Assembly: GCA_032249055.1 (NCBI GenBank)
Contig: JAVVGP010000001.1
Coordinates: 167 to 32,166 of the forward strand
Source of the DNA: Thermoproteota archaeon
Lineage (GTDB): Archaea > Thermoproteota > Thermoprotei > Gearchaeales > Gearchaeaceae
DNA: 32,000 nucleotides
Direction: 5' to 3'
A program made the translations under genes and the position numbers. The notes below the pieces were generated by a model. The model did not search any database, was not told the DNA's origin, and worked only from the letters and a program-made list of their open reading frames with translations. Positions 27,943 through 32,000 of the stretch are shown here, piece after piece; within the stretch, counting starts at the first letter, position 1; each line of letters opens with the position of its first letter.

Positions 27943-28548
27943 ATGGTTTCATTAGAAAGTTGGGAACCTACAACTACATTAGGAAAATTAGTAAAAGAAG
28001 GTAAAATAACTTCTATAGATGAGATCTTTGAAAATAATTTAAGAATTCAAGAACCAGCTATTGTGGATATTTTAATTCCTAATCTACAAGTACAAGTGCT
28101 TTTTACAAGGGCTGTGCAAAAACAAACAGCAGCAGGTGAGGTTACAAGATTTGAAAGTCTTGTTGTAGTAGGAGATAAAAATGGTCATGTTGGTATAGGG
28201 TTAGGAAAAGCAAAACAAACAAGGAATGCTATAGAAAAAGCTACTAATAATGCAAAATTAAATATAATACCTGTGATAAGGGGTTGCGGAAGTTGGGAAT
28301 GTTCATGTAATAGACCTCATAGTGTTCCTTTTAAAGTTAAAGGAAAATACGGAAGTGTAAGAATAACTCTGTTTCCTGCTCCATATGGCTTAGGTTTAGT
28401 AGCAGGTGAATATATAAAACCTATATTTACATTGGCTGGAATAAGTGATGTATGGACATGGACAAAAGGAAATACAAGTAATCATATAAATTTTGCCTTT
28501 GCTGTTTATGATGCTTTTAAAAATCTTTATAAATTAAACGTCTTTTAA
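27943..28548 (+). CDS. rps5: Ribosomal protein uS5
   Basis: ORF 27934-28548; likely start ATG 27943 (MVSLESWEPTTTLGKLVKEGKITSIDEIFE). TRFESLVVVGDKNGHVGIGLGKAKQTRNAIEKA. Confidence 0.96.
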   Translation: MVSLESWEPTTTLGKLVKEGKITSIDEIFENNLRIQEPAIVDILIPNLQVQVLFTRAVQKQTAAGEVTRFESLVVVGDKNGHVGIGLGKAKQTRNAIEKATNNAKLNIIPVIRGCGSWECSCNRPHSVPFKVKGKYGSVRITLFPAPYGLGLVAGEYIKPIFTLAGISDVWTWTKGNTSNHINFAFAVYDAFKNLYKLNVF

Positions 28549-29010
28549 ATGCCAGAATTATTAGCTGTAATTAGAATAAGAAGCTTAATAGATAGAAATC
28601 CGAAGGTTAGATTTGTTGCTCGTCTTTTGAGATTAACAAGAGTAAATATATGTACCTTATATCCAAAAACTCCTTCTATACTTGGAATGTTAAAAGTTGT
28701 TTCTGAAGTTACAACTTATGGAGAAATAAATAAAGATGTACTTATAGAACTTTTAAAGAAGAGAGGGAGAATTAAAGGAAACAAAAGACTAACTGAAGAA
28801 ATTCTTAAAAAGTATAACTTTTCCAGTTTCGAAGAATTGGCTGAATATATTTTAAAAACTGGAAAAATTCCTAACTTTATTAAGCCAGTATTTAGGCTTT
28901 CTCCTCCGAAAAAAGGCTTTAAACATTCTACAAAAAAGTTTTTTTCTCAAGGAGGAGAATTAGGATATAGAGGAGAAAAAATTAATGAGTTAATTCTACG
29001 TATGATTTAA
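28549..29010 (+). CDS. rpl30: Ribosomal protein uL30
   Basis: 153-aa ORF: LLAVIRIRSLIDRNPKVRFVARLLRLTRVNICTLYPKTPSILGMLKVVSEVTTYGEI. Confidence 0.97.
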   Translation: MPELLAVIRIRSLIDRNPKVRFVARLLRLTRVNICTLYPKTPSILGMLKVVSEVTTYGEINKDVLIELLKKRGRIKGNKRLTEEILKKYNFSSFEELAEYILKTGKIPNFIKPVFRLSPPKKGFKHSTKKFFSQGGELGYRGEKINELILRMI

Positions 29011-29060
29011 GAATAACTTTTTATTTCTTTATTTATGTATTTATTTTATATCATGCTTAT

Positions 29061-29516
29061 ATGGTAACAAGAAAAGAAAAAAAGTCAAGAAAGCTTCGGG
29101 GTTATCGAACGCATGGTTATGGTAGAGTCGGTCAGCATAGAAAAAGTGGCTCTAAAGGCGGTGTTGGAAATGCAGGAAGGAAAAGTGGCAAACATAAGTG
29201 GAGTTGGGTATTAAGATATGAGCCTGATTATTTTGGTAAGCATGGATTTGTAAGACCAAATAGAAAATATTATAAGGCAATAAATCTAGATCAAATTTCA
29301 AATATCGCTTTTTCTTTAATTGAAAAAGGAATTTTAAAACCTAATGAAAATGGTTACTATGAAATAGATTTAACCGAATGGGGGTTTGATAAAGTTTTAA
29401 GCAACGGTTCATTAAATAACAAGTTCATTATAAAAGCAAAATTCTTTAGTGAAAAAGCTTTAGAAAAAATAAAATCATTAGGAAGCATACCAGTTGTGAA
29501 AAATGCCGGCTCTTGA
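29061..29516 (+). CDS. rpl15: Ribosomal protein uL15
   Basis: 151-aa ORF: KSRKLRGYRTHGYGRVGQHRKSGSKGGVGNAGRKSGKHKWSWVLRYEPDYFGKHGF. Confidence 0.97.
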   Translation: MVTRKEKKSRKLRGYRTHGYGRVGQHRKSGSKGGVGNAGRKSGKHKWSWVLRYEPDYFGKHGFVRPNRKYYKAINLDQISNIAFSLIEKGILKPNENGYYEIDLTEWGFDKVLSNGSLNNKFIIKAKFFSEKALEKIKSLGSIPVVKNAGS

Positions 29517-30924
29517 ATCCTTAAGACCTATATTATCTATATTACCTGAAGTTCCCAAAGCAAAAAGAATAGTAAGTTTTAGAGAAAAATTAGTTTGGAC
29601 TGTAATTATTTTAACAATTTATTTAGCTTTTACACAAATACCCTTATATCCTATTGCAAAGGAACAACAAGAAGCATTTTCACCTTTATTTTCGATAATT
29701 TTTGCTGCAAGATTTGGTACATTAGCACAATTAGGTGTAGGACCAATTGTTACTGCAGGTTTAATAATGCAATTACTTGTGGGTTCAAAGATACTTAATT
29801 TGGATCTTACTGATAGAAGGCAAAGAGCTTTATTTACAGGAACCCAAAAATTACTTGCAATATTGTTTACTTTATTGGAAGCAATTGTTTTTGTAGCAGG
29901 TGGATTATTAAAAGTTCCAAGCATGTCTGCAGCAGTTTTAGTCGTTATTCAATTGTTTGCTGTAGGTATATTAATAATCTTATTTGATGAGATATTACAA
30001 AAAGGCTGGGGTTTTGGTAGTGCAGTAAGCCTATTCATATTGGCAGGTGTAGCCTCACAAATTTTTACTGAATTATTTAGTCCTGTAATTATTAATGGAA
30101 GCTATGTTGGCTTCTTTCCCCGTTTGATTCATGTTACTGCTGGAGGTGATACTGTCACTCACTTAATATTTGGCAATCCTAACATAGCAAGATCTTCTTC
30201 ACTTATAGGTTTTGTTGCCATGATTATAGTTTTATTTTTGATAGTTTATCTTCAAGGAGTAAAAATAGAAATTCCTGTAGCTTATCCTAAGTACGGAGGA
30301 TTAAAAGCTAAAATACCATTACAGTTAATATATGTTTCAAACGTTCCTGTAATATTAGCTGGAGCTTTAACTGCTAACTTGCTTTTCTTTTCTCAAATGA
30401 CTTGGAATAATTATAATAGATCAAATACTGATCCTATTTTAAATATGATAGCTCAATTTAATGTTGTAGAAAATCAAGCGGTACCTACTGGTGGTTTAAT
30501 TTATTATTTATCTCCACCAAGAAACATGTATAACGTAATGAATGATCCGCTTCATGCAATAATATATATTTTAATTTTTTCAGGACTTTGTGTTCTTTTT
30601 GCAAAAGCATGGGTAGAAACATCTGGAATGAGTGCAGAAGAACAAGCTAAAAGAATGATCAAATCAGGTATACAAGTAAAAGGATTTAGACATAGTGAAA
30701 TTGTTTTAAAGCAACTTCTTAACAGATATATACCTACATTAACGTGGTTTAGTGGTTTAATTATAGGGCTTCTTGCGGCTGTTTCTGATACTGTAGGAAT
30801 AATTGGAACTGGAATAGGTATTTTATTAGCTGTTGGTATTATTTATCAATATTACAGGATTTTGTTGCAACAAAAAATTGAAGAGGAATTTCCATCACTT
30901 GCAAGATTTTTGAAAGGAGAATGA
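29503..30924 (+). CDS. secY: Preprotein translocase subunit SecY
   Basis: 473-aa multi-TM ORF: FTQIPLYPI, LGVGPIVTAGLIMQLLVGSKI, GVKIEIPVAYPKYGG...KIPLQLIYVSNVPVILAGAL. Confidence 0.98.
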   Translation: MPALESLRPILSILPEVPKAKRIVSFREKLVWTVIILTIYLAFTQIPLYPIAKEQQEAFSPLFSIIFAARFGTLAQLGVGPIVTAGLIMQLLVGSKILNLDLTDRRQRALFTGTQKLLAILFTLLEAIVFVAGGLLKVPSMSAAVLVVIQLFAVGILIILFDEILQKGWGFGSAVSLFILAGVASQIFTELFSPVIINGSYVGFFPRLIHVTAGGDTVTHLIFGNPNIARSSSLIGFVAMIIVLFLIVYLQGVKIEIPVAYPKYGGLKAKIPLQLIYVSNVPVILAGALTANLLFFSQMTWNNYNRSNTDPILNMIAQFNVVENQAVPTGGLIYYLSPPRNMYNVMNDPLHAIIYILIFSGLCVLFAKAWVETSGMSAEEQAKRMIKSGIQVKGFRHSEIVLKQLLNRYIPTLTWFSGLIIGLLAAVSDTVGIIGTGIGILLAVGIIYQYYRILLQQKIEEEFPSLARFLKGE

Positions 30925-31379
30925 TAATAACAGATTCGCCACTCGTTGCTACTTTTTTAATTTTTTTATTTGCTATACCTCCACCTTTAATTTCAGCTTT
31001 AGTTAGTAGAATAATTATAAGCAAATTTTTCGGTTTAGAAAGATATAGAAGAATAATGAAGGAAATAAGAGAATTTGATTCAGAATTTTTTAAAGCAGTG
31101 AGAAGTAAAGATACTCAGAAATTAAATAAGCTACAAGCAAAGAAACCTTATATTGATAAAATGAGATGGCAAACAACTAAAATAAGTTTTTTAAACACAA
31201 TGATTCTTTTTATACCTTACCTTATGTTTTTTATTTGGTTAAGCCAAATTTTTAGCTTAATACAAGGTATTGCTTTCTTTCCCTTAATTTCTCAGGAAAT
31301 AGGTTTTCTTTGGTGGTATCTTATCTGTATTTTCTTTATAAGTTTATTAGTAAATAGAGCAGTAGGCATATATTATTAG
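30921..31379 (+). CDS. DUF106 family membrane protein (EMC3/TMCO1/Oxa1-like insertase relative)
   Basis: 152-aa ORF with TM-coil-TM-TM layout and the conserved position downstream of secY. ATGA overlap with secY. Confidence 0.8.
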   Translation: MIITDSPLVATFLIFLFAIPPPLISALVSRIIISKFFGLERYRRIMKEIREFDSEFFKAVRSKDTQKLNKLQAKKPYIDKMRWQTTKISFLNTMILFIPYLMFFIWLSQIFSLIQGIAFFPLISQEIGFLWWYLICIFFISLLVNRAVGIYY

Positions 31380-31407
31380 CCATATTAAATATAAATAATA
31401 CAGTAAT

Positions 31408-31668
31408 ATGCCAAGACCTTCATTAAGAAGGAAAAAATATCGTATTGTAAAAACACCTGGAGGAAGGCATGTTATTCACTATTTAAAAGAAAAAAGAAAT
31501 AAGGATAAATGCGCAATTTGTAAATCCGAATTGCATGGAACAAATCATGGTTACGAAAGCTTGCCCAAATCCTCAAGAAGACCTAAAAGGATGTTTGGCG
31601 GATATTTATGTCCTAATTGTTTGAAAAAGGTTCTTGAAAATAAAGTAATTAGTACTTTTTTAACTTGA
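31408..31668 (+). CDS. rpl34e: Ribosomal protein eL34
   Basis: 86-aa ORF: MPRPSLRRKKYRIVKTPGGRHVIHYLKEKRNKDKCAICKSELHGTNHGYESLPKSSRRPKRMFGGYLCPNCLKKVL. Confidence 0.95.
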   Translation: MPRPSLRRKKYRIVKTPGGRHVIHYLKEKRNKDKCAICKSELHGTNHGYESLPKSSRRPKRMFGGYLCPNCLKKVLENKVISTFLT

Positions 31669-32000
31669 ATATAGTAATAGCTATAAGCGGTCCTCCTGCA
31701 TCGGGCAAATCAACATATGCTAAAATTATTTCTCAAGAATTAGGGTTAAGATTATTTTCAACAGGTGCAGCGTTCAGAGAAATAGCTAAAAAATTGAATG
31801 TAAATTTAGAAGAATTTCATGCTTTGGCTGAGAAAAATTATGAGTATGATATCATGGTAGATAAAATGGCTTTGGAGGAAGCTAAAAAAGGCAATATTGT
31901 AATTGAAGGACATTTAGCTTGTTGGTTCTTAAAGGATATAGCAGATCTAAAAATCTATGTAACTGCACCTTTGAATGAAAGAATTAAAAGGTTAATGGAA
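31665..32000 (+). CDS. cmk: (d)CMP kinase (cytidylate kinase), truncated by window edge
   Basis: TTG start overlapping the eL34 stop: MNIVIAISGPPASGKSTYAKIISQELGLRLFSTGAAFREIAKKLNVNLEEFHALAEKNYEYDIMVDKMALEEAKKGNIVIEGHLACWFL... P-loop plus EGH/LAC motifs. Confidence 0.9.
   Translation, partial: MNIVIAISGPPASGKSTYAKIISQELGLRLFSTGAAFREIAKKLNVNLEEFHALAEKNYEYDIMVDKMALEEAKKGNIVIEGHLACWFLKDIADLKIYVTAPLNERIKRLME

Noticed and set aside
1-32000. CRISPR arrays, transposons, integrase sites, toxin-antitoxin or defence genes
   Set aside because: No regularly spaced repeats, no transposase/recombinase motifs, no defence-family proteins; nearly all sequence is accounted for by housekeeping genes.

Overview
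This window is an AT-rich archaeal core-genome segment, probably Thermoproteota/crenarchaeal judged by gene content and order. It carries a left accessory block, the rpoH-rpoB-rpoA1-rpoA2-eL30-nusA-uS12-uS7-EF1A-uS10 cluster, and the long L3-to-SecY ribosomal protein supercluster followed by DUF106-eL34-cmk. The left block encodes a proteasome beta subunit, an FKBP-type isomerase, a CYTH protein, a DUF62 SAM hydroxide adenosyltransferase, RtcA, a second proteasome beta subunit, a divergent Trm5-like methyltransferase and tRNA-Lys. I see no mobile element, CRISPR array or defence island. The best second-look items are: (1) a tRNA-Ser(UGA) gene that needs a 13-nt non-canonical intron between U8 and A9 to fold correctly, preceded by an extra copy of its GCCGGGA 5' end; (2) two proteasome beta paralogs, one lacking the catalytic Thr1; (3) a Trm5/TYW2-like protein with eroded motifs directly upstream of tRNA-Lys; (4) an unusual Gly-to-Asp change in EF-1A switch I; (5) a tiny 29-aa charged ORF resembling a crenarchaeal eS25 N-terminus. 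No convincing wholly new multi-gene system was found.
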